From positions 13,082,001 through 13,146,000 of the forward strand of contig NC_042999.1 in the NCBI RefSeq assembly GCF_006345805.1: a stretch of 64,000 bases of DNA. The letters run 5' to 3'. Source of the DNA: Octopus sinensis (lineage: Eukaryota). The notes beneath the pieces were generated by a model. That model worked only from the letters and a program-made list of their open reading frames with translations, was not told the DNA's origin and did no database searches. Made by a program: the position numbers and the translations under genes. Of this stretch, positions 12,601 to 25,315 are shown one piece after another (the first letter of the stretch is position 1; each line of letters starts with the position of its first letter).

Positions 12601-12804
12601 ACATCCAGCTGTAGAGACACTCCCAGATCAGACTGGAGCCCGGTGCAGCCTCCTGACTTCCCAGACCCCGGTCAAACCGTCCAATCCATGCTAGCATGGG
12701 GTTGGACGAATGACTGAGGGCTGGTGAACCAGATGGCTTCACCAGGCTTCGGTCTTGATCTTGCAGAGTTTTACAACCGGATGCCCTTCCTAATGCCATA
12801 TATA

Positions 12805-13013
12805 TGTGACCGCGTGTGTACCGTTGGCGATTTTTTTTTTTTCCTCTATCTTCCCTTCTTTGGATCTTTCCTTCTCCTACGTTTCCGACGAAGAGCTCCG
12901 CTCAAAACGTTAAACCCTCCTTCTTCCCTTCCTTCCTGAGCGTCCAATAATACTATATTTGTTCCACGTCCTCGCGTTGTGTTTTCTCTTTGTATTTTCA
13001 TGTTTGGATTAAC
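12805..13013 (+). mobile_element. Penelope-like pseudo-LTR with decayed hammerhead (12881-12915)
   Basis: GTTT-CcGACGA-A-GAGC tcc GCTC-aAAAC GTT-AAAC; homologue at 43301-43468 (-); both ends in (TA)n. Confidence 0.7.
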
Positions 13014-13473
13014 TATATATATATATTGAAAAAGGGACAGTGATAAAGAGACTCAAATTCTAATGTACGTGTGTGTCGATGTCTTTTGTCCTTTACTAGC
13101 TTCAGGCGTTAAACTGTGGCCATGTTGGAGCACTGCCTTGAAGAATTTTTAGTCAAATAAATCAACCCCCAGGACTTATTTTTAAAAGCCTGATACTTAT
13201 TCTACTGGTCTCTTTTGCCCAACTGCTAAGTTATGGGGACGTAAATACACCAACACTAGTTATCAAACTAGTGGGGGACAATCAAAAGCACACATACACA
13301 TATGACAGGCTTCTTTCAGTTTCTGTCTACCAAATCTACTCACAAGGCTTTAGTCAGTCAGAGTCTAGAAAAGAAGACTCTTGCCCAGTGGGACTGAACC
13401 TGTAACTATGTTGTTGGGAAGCAGACTTCCTACCACACAACCACACCATTGTATTAATTTCTCAATTGAAGAA

Positions 13474-13940
13474 AGGCAGTGAGCTGGCAGAATCGTTAGT
13501 ACGCTGGGCGAAATTCTTAGCGGTATTTCGTCTGCCGCTACGTTCTGAATTCAAATTCCACCGAGGTCAACTTTGCTTTTCATCCTTTCGAGGTCAACTT
13601 TGCTTTTCATCCTTTCAAGGTCGATTAAATAAGTACCAGTAATGCACTGGGGTCGATGTAATCGACTTAATCTGTTTGTCTGTCCTTGTTTGTCCCCTCT
13701 GTGTGTAGCCCCTTTTGGGCAGTAAAGAAATAAGAAATGTTATCACGCCGGGCACAATACTTTGTGGTATTTCGTCTGTCTTTATGTTCTGAGTTCAAAT
13801 TCCGCTGAGGTTGACTTTGCATTTTATCCTTTCGGGGTCGATAAATTAAATACCAGTTGTATTTATAATACTGGGGTCGATCTAATCGACTGGATCCCTT
13901 CCCCCAAAATTTCAGGCCTCGTTACCTAGAGCAGAAAAGA
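13474..13940 (+). mobile_element. tRNA-derived SINE family A (Nin/Meta-type core), dimer
   Basis: A box GAGCTGGCAGAA, B box TTCAAATTCC, core GCCTTTCATCCTTTCGGGGTCGATAAATTAAGTACC; two units head to tail. Confidence 0.9.
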
Positions 13941-14716
13941 ATTTCTGGGTTGAAGAATAACCATTGTTATACACTGATATGTTGCAAATAGCCACCCGGC
14001 TTCATAAAAATCTGTTACCAAAGTTTACTAAATTCTTCATTATGTTCAAAAATAATTTAATCAAAAACCTTATTTTTCAATGAAATTGTGGTACCAAAAA
14101 AAGGTTAATAGCTTCCTCAGTAGAGTAACTAACATAAAGCTGAACACCATATGGGTACCTTTAAGAAAGGAAGGGCATGAAAGCCACAAACATTGCCTAA
14201 AACCCTATGAAAGAATGAGATAATGAATACAAATATTAAGTATTCCGTGTACTTAGCAGGTGGGCGTGAAATCAGATTCTGTGGCAGCCAGATAATATAT
14301 TCTCTGGCTGAAGTAGAATGGGCAAATGATGTGACAAGTAGAACATCATTTGAATGGATAATAGAATAAGATTAATCTAGCTCTGTGGATTTAATAATCA
14401 GTTAGGTTTGAAATTCCAAGAACATTACTAAATATGACAGGTGCCAAAGGAAAGCTTGAAGATAAAATGGTCGAAACATTATGGCTATGATGGCCAAAAT
14501 AGGGACAATGGTCTGATATATTTGTGTAGGATATCAACATCATCATCATTTTGGTGTCTCATTTTCCAAAGGCATTGTAGCTTCGTGTTGTCTTCAGACT
14601 CACTGGCTCCTGTGGCACTGTCCAAACCATGCCAGCATGGCAAACAGCAGTTTAAAGATGATGATGGTGATGGTTATATGTATTTTTCATATATCATCTT
14701 GTTATTATTATTATCA

Positions 14717-14760
<44 letters not shown>

Positions 14761-14984
14761 GTTATTATTATGAAGGTGGAGAGCTGGCAGAATTGTTTGC
14801 GTTTTGGATGAAGTGCTTAGAAGTATTTTGCCCGTCCCTACATTCTGAGTTCAAATTCCACCGAGCTTGACTTTGCCTTTCATCCTTTCAGGGTCGATGA
14901 AATAAATACCAGTTGAGCATCGAGGGTCAATGTAATCAACTCTCCCACCCCCAAAAATATTGGTCTTGTGTCAAAAATTGAAAG

Positions 14985-15020
<36 letters not shown>

Positions 15021-17183
15021 GAAGGTAGTGAGCTGGCAGAATCATTAACACGCTAAGCAAAATGCTTAGCGGTATTTCGCCCTTCACTATGTTCTGAGTT
15101 CAAATTCCACCGAGGTTGACTTTGTCTTTCATCCTTTCAGGGTCGGTGAAATAAGTACCAGTTACACATTGGGGTCAATGTAATTGACTAGTCCCCTCCC
15201 CCAAAATTTCAAGAGACCGATAGAATAAGTACTAGGCTTACAAAGAATAAGTCCCGGGGTCGAGTTGCTCGACTAAAGGCGGTGCTCCAGCAAGGCCACA
15301 GTCAAATGACTGAAACAAGTAAAAGAGTATACTGACTATGCTTTCTGCATTCTTTTTTTCTATATAAAGTCCACAGGCTTCATCTGGAAGAAGAGATAAG
15401 AGTCAAGTGCAGAACTGATCTACTCTTTGGTAACATTAGGCGCAGCTTTTAAACTCTTTCTCTCTTTTCTCTTTTACTTGTTTCACTCATTTGACTGTGG
15501 CCATGCTGGAGCACCGCCTTTAATCGAGCAACTCGACCCCAGGACTTATTCTTTGTAAGCCCAGTACTTATTCTATTGGTCTCTTTTGCCGAACCGCTAA
15601 GTGATGGGGACGTAAACACACCAGCATCGGTTGTCAAGCAATGCTAGGGAGACAAACACATACACACACACGACAGGCTTGTTTCAGTTTCCATCTACCA
15701 AATCTACTCACAAGGCTTTGGTCGGCCCGAGGCTATAGTAGAAGACACTTGCCCAAGGTGCCACGCAGTGGGACTGAACCCGGAACCATGTGGTTGGTAA
15801 ACAAGCTACTTACCACACAGCCACTCCTGTGCCTATACCCAAAGATTTATTCACAATATATCGGAATTGGTTGCTGATTGAATCATGACTGAAGTTTTAA
15901 ATTGTTCTATTTATAGGTAGAAAAAATCTATATATAGCATCCAGATAGAGCTTTACACATGCTGTCTACAGAAGTGTAGCCACGGAACTTGGATAGCGAC
16001 TCACTCGGTCTCAGTTTTTTAATAAATTATTGGCTCTACATTAGTGTATTGAGTATTCTTATTTTCCTAATTCCACAAAGAATCCCTTCATGGTTTCGAT
16101 TAATTTCAATTGATATTAATGTCATATATGTATGATTCTTTCTTTGGGATTTCTTTGAAGTTCTTGAGGGGTAGGGCAAATCAGTTAGACTTGCAGAATG
16201 CAGAACCAGCTTCCATGCCAGTGGCACATAAAAGGCACCATTCGAGTGTGATTGTTACTAGCGTCGCCTTACTGGCACTTGAGCTCCGTGCTTGTAGGGT
16301 GCTAAGAGCACCATCCGTGCATGATCATTGCCTGAGCGGCCAACTAGCTTCTGTGCCGGTGGCATGTAAAAGGCACCATTCGAGCATGATCGTTACCAGC
16401 GTCGCCTTACTGGCATCTGTGCCAGTGGAATGTGTAAAAAGACTCTAGCAAGGTCATTGCCAGTACTGCCTGACTGGTCCCTGTGTCGGTGGCACGTAAA
16501 AGCACCCGTTACACTCTTGGAGTGGTTGGCGCTAGGAAGGGCATCCAGCTGTAGAAACTCTGCCAGATCAAGATTGGAGCCTGGTGCAACCATCTGGTTT
16601 GCCAGCCCTCAGTCAAATCGTCCAACCCATGCTAGCATGGAAAGCAGATGTTAAACGATGATGATGATGATGATGAACATGTGTTTTGTGTAGCTAGCAG
16701 ACATCAATTATGTGAGAATAAGACCCCAGGACTTGACAGATACTTATTTTATCAACTTTCAAAGGATGAATGGTAAGGTTGGCCACAGTGGAATTTGAAC
16801 TCACAACATCAATGCTACTGAGCATTTTGTCTAACATGCTAATGGTTCTATCAGCTCAGTCATTGCCTGACCCCATGCCAAAAATAATAAAGCTTTTAAT
16901 ATAGTATGGGTATATAAATAGTATGGGGCGTGTGGTTCAGTGGTTGGGGTGTCAGCATCATGATTGTAAGATTGTGGTTTCGATTCCTGGACTGGGCAAT
17001 GCGTTGTGTTTTTGAGCAAAACACTCAATTTCATGTTGCTCCAGTCCACTCAGCTGGCAAAAAAGAGTACCGCTGCGATGGACTGGTGTCCCATCCAGCT
17101 TGGAAACACATACGCCACGGAAACCGGGCCCATGAGCCTGGCTAAGCTTTAAATGGGCGCATTTATTTATTATGGCTATATAA

Positions 17184-17478
17184 GTGGAGGCACATGGCCT
17201 AGTGGTTAGAGCAGCGGACTCGCGTTTGAGGCATTGCGGGTTTGAATCTCAGACCGGGCGATGTATGTGTTTATGAGTGAAACACCTAAGCTCCACGCAG
17301 CTCCGGCAGAAGGTAATGGTGAACTTCTACTGACTCTTTCACCACAACTTTCTCTCACTCTTTCCTCCTGCATCTTGCAGCTCACTTGTGATGGACTGGC
17401 ATCCCATCCAGGTGGGGAACCTATACGCCAAGGAAACCGGCCCTAATGAGCCAAGCATGGCTCAAAAAGGAACAAACA
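17184..17478 (+). mobile_element. tRNA-derived SINE family D1 (other copies 24520-24783 -, 47796-48030 +, 63056-63345 +)
   Basis: Head GGAGGCACATGGCCTAGTGGTTAGAGCAGCGGACTCGCG..GGTT(C/T)GAATCTC with A and B boxes; shared body and tail. Confidence 0.9.
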
Positions 17479-18857
17479 TGGCTATATAAATGAAATAAAA
17501 CTAACATAGGTTTACTCATACCAGGCACAGGCATGGCTGTGTGGAGGAAGCTCGTTTCCCAACCACATGGTCCCTGGTTCAGTCCCACTGCATGGCACCT
17601 TGTGCAAGTGACTTCTACTATAGCCTCGGCTGACCAAAGCCTTGTGAGTCGATTTGATTGATGGCAACTGAAAGAAGCCCATCGTGCGTGTGTGCGCTTT
17701 GTGTTTGTGTTTACTCCTCCCGACAATTGTTTGACAACCTGTGTTGGTGTGTTTATGTCCCTGTAACATTAGCAGTTTGGCAAAGGAGATCGATAGAATA
17801 AGTGCCATGCTTTAAAGAAGAATGTACTGGGGGTCAATTCATTTGACTAAAAATATTATTATTATTATTGTTGTACTTAGGGATGGTCATTTTGCCAGTT
17901 TAGCCAATAAAAACACATTCACTATATATTTGGTGTTACTTTGCTTCAGCGTTATTGTTATGATTATTATTATTATTATCATTATTATTATATATCATTA
18001 TTATATAATACTATTATTATATAATATTATTATTATTAATATATTATTAAAATATATCATTTTTAATTATTATTAAAAATATTATATTATTGAAATATTA
18101 TTATTATTATTATTAAAATATTATATTATTATTATTAATAAAAATGTTATTATTATTAACCCTAGTCTGTCTTAAAGAAGACATTACAATAATCTGCCTT
18201 ATGCTCACAAACGGCACAAACTCACAATATAAAAGTACTTGTAATAGCATTAATTCTTATAAACCCACAAAAATATTCTAATCTTACTAAACAATAATTA
18301 AACCAAATTAACACAAAAACCACAGCTGTAATTAAAGAGGAATGGTCCAAGCCAGATACACCTCTTTGGTTTATATCAAGATAAGTCTGGGAGATTGACG
18401 TTACCAGCATTGCTTGATGTATTATTGTGTGTGTGTGTGTGTGTGTGTGTGTGAGTGTGGATAAACTAGGACTTGTGTGTATGCGTTTCACAATAGAACA
18501 CTTGTTTCATTATTGTTTGTGTGTGTGTTGGACTCACAATCATGAGGTAGTGAGTTTGATTACCAAACCAGGTTGTGTTATGTTCTTGAGCAAAACACTT
18601 CATTTCACATTGCTCCTGTCTTCTCAGTTGGGTAAATGGGTAACCCTGTGACTGATTAACCTTCCAATCAAGGGGAGCGTTGGCCTGCTCCCCTAGCCAG
18701 CAGGGTGGTGTCATTCAAATGCTAAAATGATACAAAATGCATTGTGACCAGCAATGTATAACAAATTCCAATAGTCTGGTTATTACCATAACCATAATAT
18801 ACAGTCACCCCCCCCCCACACATGTATGTATGTATGAATGAGAATACACGTATATAT

Positions 18858-19325
18858 CTTGTCTTCTTGTCTTGAGACAGCATTCATCCGGGGTGGGTTG
18901 AGCTGGCTTCATTCATCCTCAATGCTGCATCTCTCACAAACGCTGACCAGACCTGGCGATTTGAGGCTAATGACCACATGATCTCCAACCACTCCTTATT
19001 CCAGTGGCGAACGCCGTAGACATGGAGGCCTAGGTTGGGTTCCAGATCAGCCTTGACTGTCATCAGCCAGGTTTTTCGTTGTCCACCACATCGCTTTTGC
19101 CAACCCTGAAGGGGAGCTGGGGCAATTGCTTCGTAGATGAATTCTCCTGGTTGACGACGGAGGGCATGACCCAGCCAACGCAGACGTCTCATTAGGATGA
19201 GAGGGAGGTGATTTTGCACTGGTGTCACACCTAATTGTTGGAGACAAAGTGATGCCATCGGACACAAAGGATGCGGCGTAGACAGAGGTGATCGAAGGAT
19301 TCTAGTCGCTTAATATCTTCCACAT
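18858..19325 (-). mobile_element. RTE-clade LINE 3' fragment (second family)
   Basis: ORF 18884-19267: RRLRWLGHALRR..GGQRKTWLMTVKADL..LASNRQVWSAFV; short (CAAGA)n tail. Confidence 0.85.
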
Positions 19326-19555
19326 CACTTATATATACAGGAATTGTTATACATATATTTGTGGGGGTGTAAACATATGTTTGCAGTGTTGATTAAAAAC
19401 TGTTAAAAATAGCTACCATCATTTAACTATTACGGTTGATTTAATTGATTGTCATCTCCTTGGAATCTTTGGCCACAAGCCAAAGTTAGAAACTACTATT
19501 TTTAGCACAGTTGCATCACGGAAGACTTCTCCCTCAGTTGAATGTATATTTTTAA

Positions 19556-19773
19556 CCCTTTCGTCACTGGATTTATTCTGAGATGCTCTGTGTTTCTTTC
19601 AATCGATTTGAAATGTAACAAAGAATTTAGTGAAATAACTTATCATTCGGTTAGTGTTAGGAACATAAATTGTGACTAAGGTTTGCTGGAAGATTTTAAT
19701 TCAAAACTTATGAAAACAAAACATTTGTACTACTGAACCAGAGGCAGTTTCAGCTGGGTTAGCATCAAAGGGG
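19556..19773. mobile_element. piggyBac-type MITE (other copies 56105-56323 and 55324-56080, the latter interrupted by family C)
   Basis: TTAA on both sides, CCC...GGG termini; the 56105 copy has TIR CCCTTTTGTTAC / GTAACAAAAGGG. Confidence 0.85.
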
Positions 19774-21213
19774 TTAAAAATACATGACCAGGACAGGAAA
19801 GGGTCTCAGTTTACAAACTTGCAGGGTGGGGACATTTAGAGCTCATAGAGGAAGCAGCAAATTTCAAACGCCTACTATATCTAACACTGTATGTATTTTG
19901 GGGGGCGGTTTTTTTGTGGTGGTGAAGATTTTTTTTTTCTTTTAGAAATAAAGTATTTAAATTATTTTTTAATCTGGTTTGCAATATTCCTTATGTGAAT
20001 TCGTTTTGAAACAAATTTTTTGTATCTGTGAGGAGTGATATTAAAACACTATGACTCTCTCAAGACACAACATTATTTAAATTATATAGGTGTAAGAGTG
20101 GCTGTGTGTTAAGAAGCTTGTGTCCCAAACACATGGTCCTGGGTTCAGTCCCACTGCATGGCACCTTGGGCAAGTGTCTTCTACTATAGCCTCGGGCCAA
20201 AAAAAGCCTTGTAAGTCGATTTGGTAAATGGAAACTTAAAGAAGCCTATCATATATATATATATATAATGTGCGTGTGTATTTCTGTGTCTGTTTGTCCC
20301 CCACCATCGCTTGACAACCAATATTTAGCTTTTAACAACGATAAAAAAATTAAAAGATGTAGAACTATTTCTTGTAAACTTCCATCCACGCTTGTCCTGA
20401 TTCACACCTGACTTGAAGGTTACGCGTTTCTTTTGATACCCAACAATTTCAATGTCTTTTTTAAAAAAAAAAAACACTTTTGCTTGTTATTCTTCATATC
20501 GCTGTACATTCTTCCAAAACATCTACAGTGCCTCCATGTTGTCAAAAACGTGCTAGAAACAGCAGTCAAATCTCTCTCAAATTTCATTTCATCGTCTTAA
20601 GAAAAAGAAACTGTCGCATTTGATAAAATATTCTTTTTCTATCTGAAAAAAAAAATGATCATATCACAATGATGTTTAATTAGAATAGCGCGTAACGAGG
20701 ACAACTTTTTTAATGTTACAATAACAAATAACCAACACCATAAAATCATTTAACAAGAAATGTCAAAATAATGAAGTATTGAAAAAAATGATTTATTTAT
20801 TTATAAGATAGAGTAGAAATATTTCAATTAAGGAATTAATTTAAAACGTGAGCTAAAGCGAATGTTATAAAAAGCGGAATTGTTTGAGCGGAAAACGAAA
20901 CATTCCCAAAGCAAATCTGTTACATGTGTGAATCTCAAATCGCGTCGATTATGCGAGGCATGCAGACAGCTTTATTTATCGAGATAACATCAGGCAAAAG
21001 TACTGTTATTTTCATGACCTTTTCTATAAAAGTAAAAAAGGTGGATTCATCGCTGCTTTGTTTCCTGTTGCATATGTATTATTTTAATTTTAATTTAAAA
21101 GTACAACAATTTCTGTAAATCTTGTTGTGATTTCACATGTGATGTGTCCCTTTCAAATGAAACATTTTGCTATAATACACAGCTGTTTCTATGTCAAAGC
21201 ATTTTGTTTTATT

Positions 21214-21633
21214 GGATCTTTTCTGTTTGACCGGCAGTTTTTAACATAATTTCTAGGTAACTAAACATTTTAAAACTTCGTATACTGGTAGAATGTGTTT
21301 ATAAAACACCTTTTTCTCTTGGCTTTATTGAGCAAATTCTATAGTTTGTAAGATATTTGTTGTTTTTTTTCTTCAATTTCTGCAATTTCAACCAATCAAT
21401 GACGTCTATTGAGGTAAACAACATTCTGTGCCGTATGAATATGTCCCTCGTTTAAGAAACAGATTCGGTTTATTTACATTTCTGAAGAAAAAAAGATACC
21501 CTTCCCCTACCCCTAACTCTAACTAACCCTAACACAGATTGAAATGCAATAGATCGATACTAGGGTCATAATTATGGGTGACAATTTCATATGACACCAC
21601 TAGAAAAAACTGCCGTTCAAACCGAAAAGATCC
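21214..21633. mobile_element. ~420-bp MITE with ~28-bp TIRs and internal telomere-like repeats (inverted copy at 27869-28277)
   Basis: GGATCTTTTCTGTTTGACCGGCAGTTTT / AAAACTGCCGTTCAAACCGAAAAGATCC; internal CCCTAA-like repeats. Confidence 0.85.
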
Positions 21634-22069
21634 AAGCATTTCGTTTTATTTTCTGTTTTATTCTTTACGTCGAATACCGAGCTAACAAAAAATGTATCGA
21701 ATAGCCGTCCCTCATCCAGGGGTCGGCAGTTCGTATCCAGTTTCTGGCATTGCATTGTATGTATGTATCCGTGGCCTTGACTCTTGACAGTTCATTTTCA
21801 ACTGTCCAGTTTATCTTACTCTAGAAACTCTACACGAAAATAAACTCGTAATGCATCTTCTTATCATACAGAATCCACATGTATCAGAAGATTCGCCATT
21901 ACGTAAATGTAGGTGCCCTCTGTAATGCAGAGCTAAGTTCAGGGTTAGCCTTGTCCGTCACTTACTTTCGATCGTTTGGTCGGAAGCAGTTGCAGTCACT
22001 TCACATCATGCACATCGCTAATTACCCTAACGTCTCAAAATTCCCTAAACCACCTCTTAGACATGGAAC

Positions 22070-22636
22070 TCTTGTCTATATAACCCCTATCTTGCCCGGG
22101 ATATTAATCGTTTGGAAACCGTTCAGCGACGTGCAACCAAGAGAATACCCTCAATCAGGCATTTGCCATATTCTGAACGCCTTACTTCCCTGGGCATGGA
22201 CACACTGAAACTCCGAAATCTGGCAGCTGACTTGGTAAACACCCATAAAATTATTAACCATCTTACTAACAATAACTCTGAGCACCTTTTCAAACTCCAC
22301 CTGTTTAACACCCGTGGACATGTTTACAAAGTCAGAAAACAGCACAGCTCCCATGACTTTCGGAAACATTTTTTCACGCTAAGAGTTGCTGAAGCATGGA
22401 ACAAACTGCCGGCATCAGTTGTTAGTTGTCGGATCACTGCATCCTTCAAAACTTCCATGTTCCCTGAGATTCGCCAACACAACACCTGATTTTCTCCACT
22501 CCATACACACGCAAGCATGTATCTGACTCATACACTGTTCACTTCTCAGACATTTGTACATTACTGCATATGCTTTATACGCACTTTTGACAAGTTGTGG
22601 TGCACCTGAGCACCGTATACAATAATTTCGTTATTA
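22070..22636 (+). mobile_element. CR1-group LINE 3' fragment
   Basis: NPYLARDINRLETVQRRATK..YSERL..TRGH..FFTLRVAEAWNKLPASVV..FK is the typical CR1 ORF2 C-terminus, followed by a 3' UTR. Confidence 0.9.
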
Positions 22637-22734
22637 GAATCACCAATAATTACGTTGCTGGTGCACCTTAAATAGTAAACTCACAGGAATTCTCCTACTT
22701 ATTAGTTTCGCTTCTCACTAAACACAACATTTTG

Positions 22735-23090
22735 TGGAAGCACTCCGTCGGTTACGACGATGAGGGTTCCGGTTGATCCGAATCAACGGAACAGCCTGCT
22801 CGTGAAATTAACGTGTAAGTGGCTGAGCACTCCACAGACACGTGCACCCTTAACGTAGTTCTCGGGGATATTCAGCGTGACACAGAGAGTGACAAGGCCG
22901 GCCCCTTGAAATACAGGTACAACAGAAACAGGAAGTAAGAGTGAAAGAGTACAGCAGGGATCACCACCATCCCTGCCGGAGCCTCGTGGAGCTTTTAGGT
23001 GTTTTCGCTCAATAAACACTCACAACGCCCGGTCTGGGAATCGAAACCGCGATCCTACAACCGCGAGTCCGCTGCGCTAACCACTGGGCA
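22735..23090 (-). mobile_element. tRNA-derived SINE family D2 (other copies 24165-24485 -, 44751-45132 -)
   Basis: Head GCCCAGTGGTTAG..GGTTTCGATTCCC related to D1; distinct tail ending GTAACCGACGGAGTGC. Confidence 0.9.
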
Positions 23091-23301
23091 GATATGGAAT
23101 TAGTGAGGTGTAGCGGTTGGTGTGTTGCTCTCGCGATCGTAAGATTGGGTTTTCGATTCCAGGACCTGCCGGTGCGTTGTGTTCTTGAGCAAAATAATTC
23201 CTTCCACATTGCACCAGTCCACTCAGCTGTAAATGATTAACCCTGCGACAGACTGGCTTCCCGCTCAGGGGGAAATATCGCGATCTCAAGTCACTTACAC
23301 G

Positions 23302-23898
23302 CAGGGTCGTCGCTAAGCCCCCACTGCCACCCCTGCGGTCGCAGAGGGGCTCCGTGGTTGAAGGACCCCATGTTAAGATCAAAGTACATTGATGAGTCAT
23401 CTATTTACTTTGGTTAAGATGTCGAACAAGAATTAAACTATGTTGATTGATAATTTCAAGAAATAAAATGGTAATAATATATTGTACCTGCAAAAGTTCT
23501 TGTAAAAATATTACATTGTACCACGAACGTGTACCAGGCTTTGTGGATTGTCTGTGATATCTATTGAACACGAACTTATCTCTCGGCCTGATTATTCTGA
23601 ACTTATCGATGATTCCACGTAGCGAAAAGTGCGCCGTGTTTGTCTTTGAAAGTTGACTGGATTATAAAAGTTCTCTTTTATTCATAGCTGGAAGTTTTAC
23701 TTATTGAAATTTGTAACGGACCTAAATAAGTTTAACTTGTCGTAACTTAGGATAACGTGAAATATTGAACTTCAGATAGGATAAAGTAAAATATAGCTAT
23801 GAATAAAAGGTGCGTAGATTGTGAAATTTGAATGAAGGGACGGGGGGCTTCGAAACAAAAAGTTGCAGGGGGCATCTAAAAGTCACGCGACGGAGCTG
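23302..23898. mobile_element. hAT MITE nested in an old tRNA-SINE
   Basis: CAG...CTG termini with short imperfect TIRs; 8-bp TSD CTTACACG / CTTATACG. Confidence 0.7.
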
Positions 23899-25083
23899 CT
23901 TATACGCCATGAAAACCGGGTAACCGGCCCAATGGGTCTTATGAATCGAGATAATAATGTTCATATATGCAAGCAGTTCCGATTCACGCTGTATTATACA
24001 TAAAATAAATATAGCTTAATCAATGACGAAACGCCAGAAGCACAAATCTGTAAATTAGGCTATCCAGTAATGTATACCAACTGTATAATAATTAGCCTAG
24101 ACCATGACACCATTATGTAGCAGTTGATGTATGTTCTTGAGTGAGTGAAGGAAGCCGAGTCGTGGCACTCCGTCGGTTACGACGACGAGGGTTCCAGTTG
24201 ATCCAATCAACGGAACAGCTTGATCGTAAAATTAACGTGTAAGTGGTTGAGCACTCCACAGACACGGGGAGATACAGTGTGACACAGAGTGTGACAAGGC
24301 TGGCCCCTTTGAAATACAGGTACAACAGAGGCAAGAAGAAAGAGTAAGAGTAAGTTGCTGGAGCCTCGTGGAGCTTTAGGTGTTTTCGCTCAATGAACAC
24401 TCACAACGCCCGGTCTGGGAATCGAAATCGCGGTCCTACGACCGCGAGTCCACTGCCCTAACCACTGGGCCATTGCGCATCCACGAAGGAAGCTGAGTAT
24501 ATCATCTATGTAGATAGATTGCTTGTTCCTTCTCGAGCCATGCCTGGCTCATAAGGGCCGGTTTCCCACCTGGACGGGACGCCGGTCCGTCGCAGGTGAG
24601 CTTCAAGATGCAGGAGGAAAGAGTGAGAGAAAGTTGTGGCGAAAGAGTCAGCAGAAGTTCGCCATTACCTTCTGCCGGAGCCACATGGGGCTTAGGTGTT
24701 TCGCTCATTAACACACACATCGCCCGGTCTGAGATTCGAACCCGCGAGTCGGCTGCTCTAACCACTAGGCCATGTGCCTCCACGTAGATAGATTAATAAA
24801 CCTTAAAACGGATGGCCGACTACTAAAGCAAAAGAGTATGAATAATTTTTCTCTCTCTTTGTTGTATAAACTAAGAATATTTTAGTTGACAAATATAGGT
24901 CTATGACTTCTACCGGGCTGCAAAGAAATATCGACTTTTGTTATTTAATGAGTCATTTGGAATTGCAAACGGGTAAATCGTTAGAGGACACATGACATTG
25001 ATAAAATTCGACCGAGGAAGGCATCTGCTCCAACCAGTCAGTTTACGTATGCGCCTGTGTCCAGTGTACGCACACACACGTTT

Positions 25084-25315
25084 AGGCGACGAGCTGGCAG
25101 AAACGTTAGCACGCCGGGCGAACTACTTAAAGGTATTTCGTTCGCCGCTGCGTTCTGAGTTCAAATTCCGCCGAGGTCGACTTTGCCTTTCATCCTTTCG
25201 GGGTCGATAAATTAAGTACCAGTTACGCACTGGGGTCAATGTAATCGACTTAATCCGTTTGTCTGTCCTTGTTTGTCCCCTCTGTGTTTAGCCCCTTATG
25301 CGTAGTAAAGAAATA
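25084..25315 (+). mobile_element. SINE family A monomer (other copies about 14775, 15023, 25753, 27041-27675 -, 34794-35194, 35253, 36146 -, 39664-40477 -, 45872-46272, 54327, 57885, 59812-60215, 62517 -)
   Basis: Near-consensus copy with A box, B box, core and tail ..GTAGTAAAGAAATA. Confidence 0.9.

Noticed and set aside
17184-17260. tRNA-like sequence (also 63056, 24720, 45060, 41961)
   Set aside because: SINE heads: no complete acceptor stem and continuous with repeat bodies.
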